A DNA stretch of 64,000 nucleotides, from positions 5,701,186 to 5,765,185 of the forward strand of contig CM082589.2 in assembly GCA_040954595.2 (NCBI GenBank). The letters are read 5' to 3'. Source of the stretch: Balanoglossus misakiensis. Lineage: Eukaryota; Animalia; Hemichordata. Shown here piece after piece: positions 26,723 through 41,700 of this stretch. The number at the start of each line of letters is the position of its first letter. Within the stretch, counting starts at the first letter, position 1. The notes under the pieces were generated by a model, which was given only the letters and a program-made list of their open reading frames with translations, made no database searches and was not told the DNA's origin. A program made the translations under genes and the position numbers.

Positions 26723-29700
26723 ATGGTGAGTATAAGTATAGTCGGAAGTTAACAAATGTTGCTTCTCCCCTTGGTAAGAGGGAGAGGGCAGATGATGAGT
26801 ATGATACATACATGTGTATGTTTCATAGTACTACATGTGATCGCTATGGAGTGCGATCCCTGTCACGTGTTTGTATTGTGTTGCTGCTTGCGGTGGTGAT
26901 CTTAAAATGAAATTGCACTAGAAAAAAACGAGATCGGAAAGCGGGTTTGATCTGTGTCGCCACACTTCTGTCATCTGACTGCCCCGCCCCCTGCCTGCCT
27001 GGCCCGGGCGACACCCAAAGTAGGCCTTTGTTTTGGGTGACAGAGGTGTTAAGTGGTCCCACACAGCATAGACAATGGGAGTGCTAATGTCGCATAGGTC
27101 GGGGCTGTTATGAGGTCGCGTCCTCAAGAGCCTCACCATAACACTTGACCTCTCTTGATGCTGGTTGGCCAGATCGCGCCATTAATCATCGCATTATGAT
27201 TATCAGTCGCCGAGAGACACACCACCACGATCAGTCTCGTATGCAAATGTGATGGAGACAAAAACCGGGCGACGGATATTGAAGTTCTCAGAAGTAAATA
27301 GCCACTCACTCCCCAGTGTTCAGCCTTGTTTTCATTTGAACAAGCCAAGTCAGTAGGCATAACGTTGCCAAGTCTTAAAGAATGGGCTCCAACGACTCAC
27401 GGCTAGAGAGTGATACTAGCGAGACGGAAGATTCGCTGAAAAGAGAAGGGAGCTCTCCCAGATCAAATGGGATTAGTGAAAAATCCAAGCTGAAGTTTGA
27501 TCAGAACGAGAATGGTAGAAAGAAAAAGGTATTTTCAGTAATTTCTGTGTTTATGTTTTTGACGGTCAATCAACGAAAGAATCGAATGTCACTATTTCAT
27601 CTGTATATAGTGTAACTGAATTCTAATAGTGTCGCAAAGTTAACCGAGTTTCCTGTCAACCAAAACCCGAAACTTCTCTAATTTTTTCTCTCTGCAAGTT
27701 AGTTTTAAAATGTCAATTGTCATTATGTCACTTTTGACTGATAATAAGGACTCATTGATGGAATAACTTATGAGACTAAGATTAAGAATATAGTACCCGT
27801 AAGATATACATGCTACAATGTATTGAATGTTCAATCTGTATACTTGCGTGTGCCTACATTGATGGAATACACCATCACATCAATATACGTATTAATGATA
27901 GCATGTGGTTCCAATTCAACACCTTAATTGAATTCCAGAATGCAATTTGATCGCTGAAGAGTGTGATGTTGAATGCATATAATATATATACAAGACATCG
28001 TCAAACTTTTACTTATAGACTGGGTCTATAGACTATATTAACATTGATTAAGTTCTCTTGTTACTGTCAAAACTGATTGACATTACTTTATTGACGACAA
28101 AAAGTGTGAAAATTTAGTAAATACTGCAGTTTGAGGTAAACTGTTACCTTGCAGATGCCAAAACAGTGTTGCGACAACATATTCCTACCAGACTAATGCA
28201 AGTGCCTTTGTTGATGAGCAGTGGAGCATAAAAGCAACTTTTCCTGAAGAAAGTGATGTCATCGTAGCTGCATAATGAGTTCTTAGTAGAGTTTGTCCGT
28301 TGTTGTTGATTATAAAATTCATGAGGATCGATACATGTATGGAAATTTGAGCAATTGTTACAGTACTGACCTTGGCCATGGCCTATCTATAGTACACGCA
28401 CGTCCAAGGTAAAGCACCGCCAATGTACCGATATTCCCTCGAGGCCATAAATCGGGCTTTTGAGTAAAAAAGCTTGATCTGATCACTTAACCTCTGACCC
28501 ATTCCTTTATTTTGAAACTAATCCGGTAGGCGAAGGGCATCTCTGTTATTAAACCACGCGTGTGACCACAGCTGATCGAAACTTTATCGTGATGTTTAAT
28601 AACTGAGCTGACCTGAATGACCCAACTCAAGAAAATCAAATTTTGTAGGCAAAGCCAGTCAACTTAACCCGAAAAGTTGTCAAATCTCAAGGAAAATACA
28701 CCAAGATTTTAATATGAATTTTTCTTATGATATCATGCATAATTAAAGGAGCATTGGTAAAAATGATATAATTTACACATCAGAGACAGATGAAGATCCC
28801 CACATGTTATATTATTTTTAGCAAGCCGCATATTTGACCTTTCCATACTGCTATGCACATACTTTGTGCCAGAAATAACTATCAATTAACCTTGGAGATC
28901 ATTTTTAAGAATCCATATATTACGCTTGTGGGTAAAATAGAAAGCCTAGTCACCATATGGATTTTCCAAAATAGTATCTGAGTAATACACCAAAATGACA
29001 AATTAAAAGAAATGACAATATTTTCAGTTTTACGTTTTCTTAAAACAGGATTTAAATTAATGACACCCTGATTCATTGCAAATGCTTTGTCTTCTTCCAC
29101 GACCTGACCTTCTGTTCGTTCATTCATTCATTCGTTCGTTCGTTCGTTCGTTCGTTCGTTCGTTCAATCATTCAGTCATTCATTCATTCATTCATTCATT
29201 CATTCACTTTTTTCGTTCTTTGTTTTTCTTATTCCAGCCTGGGAAAAAGTCCAAGAAGTTCATCGACAAAAAGACAGCTGCCAATTTTCAAGTTGTTCAC
29301 CGAAGTCAGAGAGATCCATTGCAGGCAGACGATGAAAGCTCACAACATGTGTTACGATCACTTGACCCCACAGAGGAGGTGAGTAAATTTAAAAGTTTAT
29401 ATCTTAAGACTTATGTGGCGGACTTTCATATACTGCAGCAGTATATGAAAGTGGGCAACATAAGTCTTTGTGCCATGTATGCCAATTGTTCTGAAGAGTT
29501 TGTCTGCTGTACAGAAGTGAATGATTTTGTAAAAGTAGATGGGTCACTCCCATGACTGACAATGAATAGACAGCTCTATTGAATAAACCCATGGATTGTC
29601 TCCTTTCAGGATATATCCATTGAACCTGAAACAGTACTTGACATTCAAGGGACAGGGTCGCATTGTTCAAATCAGCCCTACCTACCAGCAACTTTTTCTC

Positions 29701-32700
29701 ATTATTTACAAACTTTTGATAAAGCGTTTATTACAACCAAATATTTGTGTGATAACCAGCAATTGAACACATGTCAATGAGGAGAACATTCTATTACTCT
29801 TAGATCATGTTCAGTTCACCAAAATAATGCATCTCAACCCCCTTTAACAGATCCAGTTTTCTAGTTCATGGTCAATGATCAGATACAGGGAATGGAGTAG
29901 TGGAGACACATTTATAGTTTACTTGTCAGTGTAAAACCTTCACATATTCAACAGGGGACAAGAGTCTCATACTCTACCCACACTACAAGAAATTCTCAAG
30001 GCTAAGTGACAATTATTGTCAACTAATGAGGCGTAATTGGACAGCTTAGAGGCAACCAAGAAGCCATGAATAATTCCCCTGCTTAATAAGTCACAAGGAT
30101 TCTTCGGAGGGGGGGGGGGGGGGTTCTTAAAAACCTTGAAAGTTGTCAACATACGTCACAAGACAAGACAGATGTTTGAGCGATAAATGCACATAACAGG
30201 TACAAGGAATTTGACCTTATGCCATTGTTACCTGGGTTGGGTCACCTTGGCTTGTTTGAAGTCACGCCGTGGTAACCTTTCCACCCCCACATTCTTTTGT
30301 GTCGGTCCGTGCACTTTTTTTTGAAATAAAAAGGTTGGCCCAAAATGTTGTAGCGCTTAAAAATGCAGTCATAGGATTCCCCTGAATGGTAGCCAAGCAA
30401 AAAATGTTAAAATCAAATATAGTTATTTTTTGTGTACTTTTACTGAGACTGTCAAACACTGAATTAATTCACTCGGAAAGGTTTGTCAATAATATTGACA
30501 TTGAACTTCTACAGTGTCACTTCCAGCCGGTAAAGGTCACTGTCAACAGGAAGAAGTGAAAATGACGGTCTGTAACTTTCACTGCATGAGGTTATTCTCG
30601 CCATCAGATACAGCTGGGTGATTATTTTGTGAAAATTGAACATTTGTCCTTAAAATGAACTGTATACACTGTCCATTTCTATTATTATCTTTTGATGGAA
30701 TATCCTTGACCAGTTCATGCCTGTATGAAAAAAAAATGAAACGTGCGTCGCGCTGTAAATTTACCTTGAAATATATAATTTTCTGAAAGGGAGTCAGGAA
30801 TTCTAACCGACAGTTTTTCTGTGACAGTGGATAATTTTGATCTGAAATTTCATCTGAAGGACAGATATGATTAATTTTGGTATAAATTCAGAGGGGAAAA
30901 GGGTGATGGCCTTGTCAAATAATCAATAATTAATAACAGATTTCCATTTAATTGAACCGTTCCGCATATCCTGCAAATTTCCAGACAGAATGTGTTACCA
31001 AGAGAAATTTGTGGTCCAATGATGTAGTGTTTTTGTACTGTCGGGGGTGGGGGGGGGGAGTGAACGTTTGACGCATCATGGTTGTCAAGGCACAAATCTC
31101 GTCACATAAACTGTTCTCCAAGCAGAAACAAATAACAGAAGTATGTTGATTGGGTACCTGGACTGTTGGATCTTGATTCAGTCGAGCCAACACACACCGG
31201 TTTGTGTGTTTTTCTGTTACTGTCAAAAGTGAGGATTTTATTGAGCAATAAATTAGAAATAATGTGACTTTAATGGCATATATTTTATTGTAGTGAGCAA
31301 GTTATGACGGTCGTACAACTGTACAATGGTACAGACTTACAGGTCTTATGTACATGGCTGCCCATGGAAGTTTATACATCGATATGAAATCCATACATTC
31401 TCAAAATGGCAGAATGTTGAATTCCATGGAAAGATATAAACTTTTGATCTTTGGAACTCACTGCCTTTGTAATGTATTTTACGAGTCTGTGACTGTATGA
31501 ATGTAGAATCAAATAAATGTGATTTACAATGTATGTTTTGTTATTAAAAGCAGAGATTGCTAACAATTGTTGGATGATACTCTGCAAGTACATACTTCAT
31601 CGCAGGTGTTGAACTGTTTGTTTCAAGCTCCATGCTCGCAACTAAACTAGAAAACACTATGATTAAGACATACATGTAAGCTGGCACACATACTGGTAGT
31701 AGCTGCCTGAACATTCAAGACTCGACGAGCAACAAGAAAAGAGATCAACGCATACAGAGGGGTAGCTAGAGCTATTCATTCAGGAATAATGGACGCTTTT
31801 CAAAATAAACAGCCACTGACCCGATGAGTGGAATCCACGAAAACGAGGGGCAAAAACTTGTGAAACCCCTCAGGGTGTTGCTTTTGTCTAAGTGGCAGAC
31901 TATACACACTCATTGTTGGAAGAAAAATTCGGTCAGCTGAGTGCTGTTAGGGGGGGGGGGAGAATGACGACTGTCTTGTACAATGCTAGTATCTCATTCT
32001 GCGCGGTGCTATTCAGTCCTGGTTGGGCCTTGACATCCCTTTGAGTGGAAAGATCGCACCACATTCTTTTTCTATCACATCATTCACCCTCTCTTTCTGT
32101 AAAAGTCGGTGTGGAGGCCGTCAATACATTGAGATGAATTACACTCCATTTGTCTGTGGCATACGTATACACACTAATGGAAATTGTGATTTGAAATGCC
32201 CCGTAATTGTCACTTCAGAAAACTGCTTTCAGGTACGCGTAATCTTCTCGCAGTGATGTAATCACTTTCACGAACTGACAGAAAGTCATGCCAATTTGCA
32301 GGATGAAAGTGGTGATTTTGCAACCAAGGATTTAATTCCCATGTCTGGGTTAGGAAAATTCATCATAGTGAAATAGAAAAAAACAACACGAAAATAGATT
32401 GCACATTTGCAGGCAGTAAAACCACCAGAAATTTCTACATTTACTTCTAAATGTAATTTCAGAAATGTTATGGATGAGCACTTTAGTCTCAAATACATGC
32501 ACCTGGATGGACATTGAATATATTTTTCAATGTCTGGCAGATAAATACTGTACGATAGACAAAGCTTCTATTTATACACTGTGTACTGAATTATCGCCAT
32601 ACGTTGTACATTGCCTGATATGTACATATGTAAAACACCTGTTGACAATGACCGCTGCAATGTCGGTGTCAATGTGAACCGTACAAGGTTTGTTCTCACA

Positions 32701-35700
32701 GGTACGCACATCTGTTGTGCTCCTGTTTGAAGAGATTTGACACAAGCATAGGCCAGTGTGCAAAACATGTTCCACTAGCTAAATCGCCCTGAGTTTGCTA
32801 GACCTTGAGATTGAGGTCTGTTTTTGTGGTAAACATCCCATTTCTGCATCATTTGAGATAACCGTGTGTGCGTGCTAGGCATCGTTCAAGAGAATTCAGC
32901 TGTGAACACTACAGAACAGGATGTGAGTTAACTGTTCATCTCTGTAAGCCGATACCCGGGACCTTTAAAAACAATTGTACTGCACATTTACAATAACCAG
33001 TCAGTCAGTGACTTCCTGCGAACTATAGTAAGGTTTTGAAAAGTTTGCAGAGGTCTGTATCCTCAAAATACAACCAGATATTTTATGTAATTATAGAAAA
33101 AAATTGCAATAATTGGCTTTTCAGTAATTTTTTTGCCTCAATGAAATATAAGGACTTGTTTCCTTTAAAAATTGTTAAAAAGATGAAACATACATATGAC
33201 ATCATTGTACCCATAGATACTTCTAACAAAAAAGAACATAATTATTACAAAGGTTTATATGTGAAAGGCTGAGAATAAAATGGTGTTTCGAAACCAAATA
33301 TTTGTGAGCTGATATATGTCGCCTTAGTAGTGGTATCCTTGTCGTTTTAGGGTAATTTATGGCTGGGAAATTAATTTGTCAAACGAGAGAGAAACAGAAA
33401 CTGTCATAAAATACACATTGTGGTTTTTGCTGGCAGCTGTATTAGACTAATTAAATTAGAAACTGTCAGATATAGTTACGTGTTTTAGTTTATTACTCTG
33501 TAACTTATAAGCTAGATTCTGTGACATGTATCACAATCCCCTCACGGGCTACTCAAAAAATTACCTTCTGAAAACCCTAACTCGGCTATAGACAAAGATA
33601 TGAAAAAACATCCTGGTATAATTAAATATATGTTGCTTAATTAACTCCTGTTAATTAAGTTGTCCATTCAGATGAATTTAATGTCCATTTCAATCAAAGC
33701 AATTGGACAAACCCAGACTAGCTGTCCAGTTATTAAAAAAATAAATCAATTTCTTATCCTCAATATCGCAATAATATCATTCAGCAAGGTAATTTTCTCG
33801 AGACAGTTTCCTTCAAACCTTCATTAAAACCGTCAGAGCTAAATTTATCCTCTGAAAGACATCAGCGCCTAAAGCTTGAAGAGATTTTGTCGACCGCTGT
33901 CAGGAAATGGATGGAAAGTCGGGAGACACGAAGCCTCAAAGGAGAAAATAATTACTGGATGTCGGAGCAGGTGATAGGAAATTACGCATTAGAGTCAAAA
34001 TCTCAAATCTTAGCGCTGGATATGACACTAAAATGGTTCAGAGGGGAAAACGATAATCACGTAATTACCAATGCAAAGTGTATATTCAGATGTGCATGGA
34101 TTTGATAAGTTTAATTCTTTGGTCCTGGCGGCTTGGAGGAAAACTTCTAAATGACATCATAGGTCACCAGGAGCTCAGGATGTAAAGAGTTAAGCTACTG
34201 TTTTTTTTTTTCATGTTGCTGTCTTTACAAGAAATGTGATGAATCTCTGAATCTGCTGGCTAGTGCATACATGTATATGCTGTCTGTACCAAGTTGTTTT
34301 TCTCAAGTTCTTGTGACCGGTTGTACTTAATGGTCAATATGATAAATGGCCTCGATGGCTATTTATATTCAGAAAACAGTGGATTACACATGTTTGTATC
34401 TAAAAAATGCGACCCATTCTGCATGGGAATGATTGCATTCAAATCTGAACGTGTGGGTATGTTCGTCTGAAGTTGTCAGGCCGTGGACCAGTGGTGATAA
34501 ATGATACATGGACCGATAACCGGTGACCTCTGAACTCTTCAGGGATAGGTCAGAAGGTGAAACACGTTTGACTGAACTCTGCATCCCGGCATCTCTGATC
34601 AATTTGTTTACTCACTTATCAGACTGACTTAGGGTTAGCCCAGGGCTGATCCAGTCAGAAACTCAGTTCTGGTATCGATCTGTTCTGAACATAATTGGGG
34701 CTTCCCAGCGGGAAACTATATACTGTCTCTCTTGATTTTTAGCCAAGTTTGGGTTTTCATGTGTCATAAATTAATGAAGGATAATAAAATATTGGATTTG
34801 CTTCATTATTTCCGTTTGGCATCTTATTTCCTGTTTCTAGTGTTGATATTCCCCAAGAAGAAGACACGGACAGTACTGTGTCTAAAAAATTAGAGGTTGG
34901 GGCATCCACAATACCAAGACTATATCTTTCAAAAGCAATATTCAAATTTACTAACAGATTGACAGAGAGAGCCTCAGAGCAAATGGCTGTGAGAAAGTCT
35001 GAGCTGCCATAAAACATGTAAATCCTAACAAAAAAGATTTCGGTGTTGTATGTCTTATCTGTATCTTCAAACGTGTTTTTGTGAGATGTGGGCTTTGGGA
35101 GGAGTTCACTGAACTGACATGCACTCTCTGCTGATGGAAAAATAAAACCTTGAAAAAGCAGTCATCATTATCAACAGTTGTCAATCTTCCTGATTGTCGC
35201 TCGGTGATCGAGGATGCAAATTGCGTACATAGACACGCTTTCTTCTATTGTGTAGTGTCCCCCCCCCCTCGTTGTCATTGGCAACTCCTCACAGGGACGT
35301 GTGATGCAGAATGATACGTGATCGATCGCCGCGTTCTGCGCACAGGCAAAATTTCACTGAGGAAGCAGATGTTGTTCCCTCCAATGAGCTGCTTTTACCT
35401 TGGTGATAATAGAGGCTACGAGCTCTAAAGGTTGCGGTGCCCTTGAAAAGAAAATCGTGCATCAATTTTCAAGTTTTGAGCTGAGACATTCTACATACAG
35501 GTGGCAATTCACAGTTTCGAAGGCTGTCAGCTCATTACAGTTGTGTGTGCAATGCCAATTGCTGAGCACAAGGCCTGTTAAGAACCACCTGAAGTTTTCC
35601 TTTCCCTTTTCCAACTTCTTTTATACGAGGCCAAGAGATCTTGAAATCGGGCATCAAGAAATTCAGTAGATGTAGACGCCACACAATTCTTCATATGGAA

Positions 35701-38700
35701 ATCTTCAAAGATCTTAACACTGTATTATTGCAGTGTGTTTTCATTGAAATTTTCCCCCCAAGGTACATGTACGTGCTTCTCACCTACACAATGAATATTT
35801 TATGTTTTTCATCACGATTATTAAGGAGGAGATGACAAGGACATTCATCTGATCTGTCACGTTTTGATCTACCACTAGTCAGATGCTCTTCAAGCTGTGA
35901 GCATTGGACTAATCAGCCATCGTCAAATCTCAATTCCATCTTCCGCCATCGCACACACATTGATTTAAATTAGATCGGAGAAATATCTGACAGCACCAAT
36001 TTGTACCAAACTGAAGTTGTAAATGGTCATTTTCTACATACACCCCCCACCAGCTCTTGTATTGACGTTAGTGAAATATCCAAACAGAAAAAAAAATCGA
36101 TCTATCACTTATGAGAATCCAATTCTCATTATACCCTGGGAAGGGATTTTATTCAATTCTGGTAGTGAAGCGTTGTGTCATTATTTTGAGTTTAATTCCT
36201 TTCCTGAGGCGATTCCTGAACAGATGTTTGCATTTGTTTCTGTTTACAGTAAACGCGGCTAATCTCATCTCAATAGCAGGACCGTGGAACCATTTCTCAT
36301 AACGCGTTCCGTGCGATCACCGCAAATGATGAAATGAATAGTTGTTGACGCAGATTGCATTGTGTCTCGGCCGAGTGATTTATCAAAATATGCAGCGGCG
36401 CGGGAGAATGGATGTGTGTGATATTTTGTGATTGGGGTCGGCTAATAAATAAAGCTTTAGTGTTAAAGCGCGTAGCTCGTCTCACGCGCATGCGCGTAAC
36501 TTCCCAGCAAATTTTCCGATCGATGCATTCAAATAGTGCCTTCGCTTCCTTCCATATTTCATTCGCACCGTATAAGTAGATTCTGGTTTTGTCCCTCCTT
36601 TTCACCCAAGCTGGTGTCTTTTCCCGATCTCCGACACAGATTATGGTCGCCGCCATCTTGTGTGAGCACTGCCTTATGGGATTGACTGTTCACTAAACGT
36701 CTGTAACCAGTGGCTACAGTTGGAACATGCGTGTGAGACGAGCTATGCGCTTTAAGCCTGGGTGAAGTTTGTGTGAAATTTTTCCTTGTGTGTTATTTCA
36801 ACTGCATTCCCAGTGAAATTTCAAAGTTATCAGTTGATGCAAAACAGAATTTCCATACATTGGCCTCCTGCGACACCGTCACAAGTTGTAAATCCCAATG
36901 AGGCTGTCATCAAACCGGCAAACACTTCAGATTGTGATACAAAAGCATTTCACACTGATAGCAACTGACGTCATGTAATTTCTCCAGAGTATCAGATGTC
37001 AGCAGTGTGTGTGTGTCTGAAGATAATTCTGAATTGCAATGTTTTGGTCAATTTTGCTAATTGAAAAGGAACAAACTAAGGGAAGAACCATTTGATTTCT
37101 TGGGGGGTGGTGGATTTTTGGGGAAAATGCAGTTGACAGGCAGAATAAAAACACTGAAAAAATTCAAAAGTTACAGTCCATGATGCTTTAAATCTTTCAT
37201 TGAATGGGATGGAGACCGACGGCATACAAGTTGCATGTGAATATCAACAAAATACTTCTTCTGATGCAAGTCACGGATACAGTTCACATCTTCAGCCCCG
37301 AAGTTACTCTGTTACCATGGAAATGATAACTCGGGGTCGGAGTGTTAAACAAATGTGATTTCAAGCCAGACGGGAAGCATTATAGGATTTTTATCAATAA
37401 TTACGCTGTCTGCAACTGAAGTGAACTCAGTGGGTCTATTAACACAGTGTTCGTGCACAATTAGGGGAGATGGGAGCAATTTGCAGAAACCAAGCAAAAT
37501 GACAAGTATTGCAAAAAAAAAATTCAGGAAAATGGCATTAACAGAATGACTTTGATGTGTAGTTCAATGTGAAGAAGGGACATTGGGGTGACTTTGTACG
37601 TATGCATCCATAAATGCCATTGGAATTTCTAATAATAGCAGCAGGACTATGAAAATTGAATTGTAAGTGTATAGTAAATATTGACTGCCATAAAGGAAAT
37701 TGAAGTTTCATTTCTGCTGTGTTTAAAGATTAAGTTTGCCAACAAGTGAAATTACTTGTAATACCGCAGTACATTAACAATTTGTTTCGTTTTGTTTTTC
37801 GATTTTTTTTCATAGGAAAAGCGAAAACGCAAAGAAGAACAGAGACAATTCGGGGTCTACTACGAAGACGACTACAATTATTTACAGCATTTAAAAGAAA
37901 CAAAACAAGAAAATGTTCTTGTGTCGACAGAGAAGCCAAAAGTTCCTCCCAGACCAAGCCGGGTAAGTCTAACTCTGTCATCCCTTTGTCTGTATGTATC
38001 TCTCTTTTGACCATCGTGTCAGATACATCTGTTATGTTTCAACTACTTGTGCCAATACTGGATAATTTGAGTCTTTGATAACTGTAGTAGATGTGTGAAA
38101 ATTGAAACTTGTATGTTTGACCTTATGACCTCTCAACACTGGTCATTGCCCCTCACCACTGTCCATGATTATAGTCCTGTGTCAGCGTCGGTCGTCCCTA
38201 ACATGAATTGGATGATGAATATTTTCCCCCTTCTTCCGAAACCTCGCAAGATAAAAGAATCACAACTTCAACATTTTTAAACAAAAAAAGTTCTGTATTT
38301 ACCATTCTTTGATTGTTTGTGAAAGCTATCTGTTTCCTGTTCACAACCAAACTTGTGGCCGGCTGTGTCGTACTTTCGTAGCCTTTGAGCCGATGGAGGA
38401 AACGGGATATGAGTTGAAGTTTATCGCAGCTTGACATTAAAGCTGACGCAGGTCTATGAAATTTCAGACGGCAGGCATGATGTACAAACATGTATCGTTT
38501 TCCAGTACTGAGATCATTTTATAGCGATATGTTGTCATATTGCAACATGATGATTCATGTAAAGAAGAATATACTCTGTATTCCCCGGCAGGATTTAAAT
38601 TCAGTTCCTGTAGAAAATGAGAACTTATCTGTCGGAAAACATTATCTAGCTTTAATGCAGAGCTGCCCGTTTTACAGATTTCACAAAAGGTTTTGTAAGC

Positions 38701-41700
38701 AAGACTCTTGAGAAATTACTCGGCATAGACAGTATTCTTGGCTGTCGCGAATAACTAGTGTATGTACCGGTACATCCACATCGAACAGTTTGATTAGCGC
38801 TTGGCAGTTTTTTTGTCCCAGGCACCCGTGGCAGATTGGCAGCTCCTATTGACGTGATGGAGAGCATCCACTCACACATTCAGGGCACTTGCAGTACATG
38901 CCACAACACAACAACACACTAAATCAGACTTTAATCAGCATGGCTTCCACTATAAGCACCCTCGCCTGTCAGTTGGGAATAATTACTAACCTGGTATTTC
39001 AGTTTGATACCTCTTTAGAATGATTGATTCAGCGCCCAGAGCTTCAACGAGGGTTGATTGGTGTCGAGTCACTGATTTCACACAAGTATTTCGGACTTTG
39101 CTGATACTAATGTTTTTAAGCCAGGGAGGGCTCTCTAAAATACCTTCCACATTGTTTTTTTTAAATTCCCTTGCGCAATATCAAACTAAGCATTCCTAGT
39201 TTTGTAGAAAATATAATCATGTCAGAACTGAGCATTGCTTAACTGGGGATATTTGGCACTGTTTAAGTTTACCTATATGTATGATTGATTGCTATGATTT
39301 TACAACTTTAGTTGACAGATACAAATCTTGCGCATTAATAACATTTTGCCAAACTGGCTAGTGATATATTCACTCAAAATAAACCAGTTCAGTTCAATGA
39401 ATTGCTGACACTTGAAGCTTTTGCATCACCATGGTGATCTGCCAGTATTATCCTTGACCGAGGAGTCAAAGGTCACAATGTTAACTAACACAGTAACAAG
39501 CTAGAGCAGTAATACTAAAATGCTTCCAGGCATGTGTCAAATCTTAGCAGTCGTTTAAAAACACAACATGGCTGCCGTGCTGATGAGATAAAGATGTCTC
39601 CTGACTAGCGCGTTGTAGGGATTTTGGCAAAAAAGACATTTGCTTGTTATCAACTTCTGTAGAAATAACAAAGTTCCAAATACAAACATGCTTCTGCTAT
39701 TTGTTCATTTTGCAAGTAGGGCAGAACAGAAATAAACTATCCATTTAGCCTCGGTCGGTCGGTCGGTAAACCGTATTGGCAATGATTCACACAGCATTTG
39801 ACAGTTCTGTGTACATTTGTATGCAGGAGATACAGTCGGCCCTGGACGTATATCTGCTGTCAGAGATTATGCACGCACGGTATGACACAAACAGCCACGA
39901 GTCAAAATAAATTTAGCTAGAAAACACTGACATGCGATCTTGATGGTCTGTGTAACGCACGCTGTGTATTGTACCCACAAACTGAAGCCAAACAGCTGGC
40001 CATGAATCGAATACACGTTTATCAATTCATCGCATATCATGACAGCTCATAATGATTGAATTATCCCAAATAAAATTCTCATTTTGAAAGAGCGTGATCA
40101 TGCATTTTGACAGTCATTCATGACTTCAGTGGTTTTTGTCTGAACTGAGAAAAAAAGCAAATTGAGAGATTAATCAGTGTAAGATATTCTAAGTGAAGCA
40201 GACATTTGTATTTAGCACATAATTTTCAATTTATTGTCGGCTTATACTTAATCCAATAATTAAAGTTGGCCTTCAACGTCTAACGTCCTTGCCGACTGCT
40301 ACATGTTCACCTGCTAACAGAAATGTCACTTCAGATTTTCTCAATTGATCAATTCAGTTTCAGTTTTGCAAAAAAATGTAAGGAGCATTTCAGAATAGAG
40401 TTAGTGATTGTGTCCCTTTAATGCAAAGATGGTATGTGTCCCTTTAACATATGAAGCATTTGTCTTCAGTGTTTAATAGTGAAGTCAATAGGCAAAGAAG
40501 CCATCTAATGGAAAATAAGACATGTCAACTCAATGTACCGATCATGCCACGCCATGATTGTTGGGCTTGTCACATTTTCAACCGTAAATTTGTCTTGAGA
40601 GCAAAGAAATGTCAGATTTTCCATCTCAGTGGTTGTTTATCCCCGAATGGTCGCGACTGAGAGGAAAGACTTGGGAATCAGTTGTCATTTAGCCAATTTG
40701 CTGCCATGATGAACATTTCAATTTATATCAGTGCAGAAAAAAAGGGGCTGAAGTCATCGCAGAGACGTGTATTCAAATATGCAGACAGGCCATTGTGGTT
40801 CGACAGCTCCTTAGGGTATGCTGAAAAAACACAACACGTGAAATCTGTATTGACATATCTCTTCAAGAAAATATTTCTGGCAGTTTCTAAAAAAATTCTT
40901 TTCAACAGACTGGCACTTCGCAACAAACGCATTTCAAAGCGAGAAATGCTTCGTCGGCGATAGTTGTCATGGTGAGGGTGCTTGAATGTGTGACAACTGC
41001 CTGTCAAGATGGCATGTTATCCAGCAGACTACAATGGGAGTTGGGTTTCTAGAAATCTGAAATGCTGAGCCACAAGGACTGTAGCTGAGTAAACTTTTGT
41101 ATGACTTGTGACAGTCAAAATGCAAAACGCCAAATTTTGATGTCAGAAATTGATTTTCCAATATTTTTTATACTTTCCGATATTTTTTACATCTATTCAG
41201 GAACCCAAAATTCAGCTGCCAGCTTCAGCTTTTGCCTCCAAAGAAGAAGAAAAAACAGGAATGCTCAACAAAGCAGCCCCGATATCAGGTCCCAGGTTAG
41301 ATCTGGATCCTGATGTAGTGGCCGCCATGGATGAAGATTTCAACTTTAATGATCCTGACAACGCACTAGATGATGATTTTATTGTCCAAGCAAACAAGCC
41401 GGCTGAAGAGCCAGAAAGGTGAGGCAGAACTCTCAACACCATGGAACATGTACACAACAGCACAATGTAATCCTTTAATTCCCCGTTCTCACTGCTGTAG
41501 TGGTCAAGTCTGACCATACAAACTCTGTCAACCCACCAGTACAGGCCATGTACTGGGTATGAAATGTCCGAATGTAACAGTTCCTGCATCGTCATGACTA
41601 CAGTGACGTAAACACGGACATGTGACTGGGTTTCAATTTTGCATCCAGTACTGAAAAATACATGTACCGTGTGTGCAAACATTTTCCACCAAAACTAGCA

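Noticed and set aside
26266-26910. 214-aa ORF, the longest in the track
   Set aside because: It has no recognisable domain, spans the promoter and the LTV1 exon 1/intron boundary, and is probably a chance ORF.
26916-26930. CACTAGAAAAA, resembling a CACTA transposon end in LTV1 intron 1
   Set aside because: I found no matching opposite end with a 2-3-bp target-site duplication.
40706-40751. C/D-box snoRNA candidate (ATGATGA...CTGA) in LTV1 intron 3
   Set aside because: Only about 46 nt box to box, with no convincing terminal stem or recognisable rRNA guide. An Infernal/snoscan search of the LTV1 introns would be needed to exclude snoRNAs properly.
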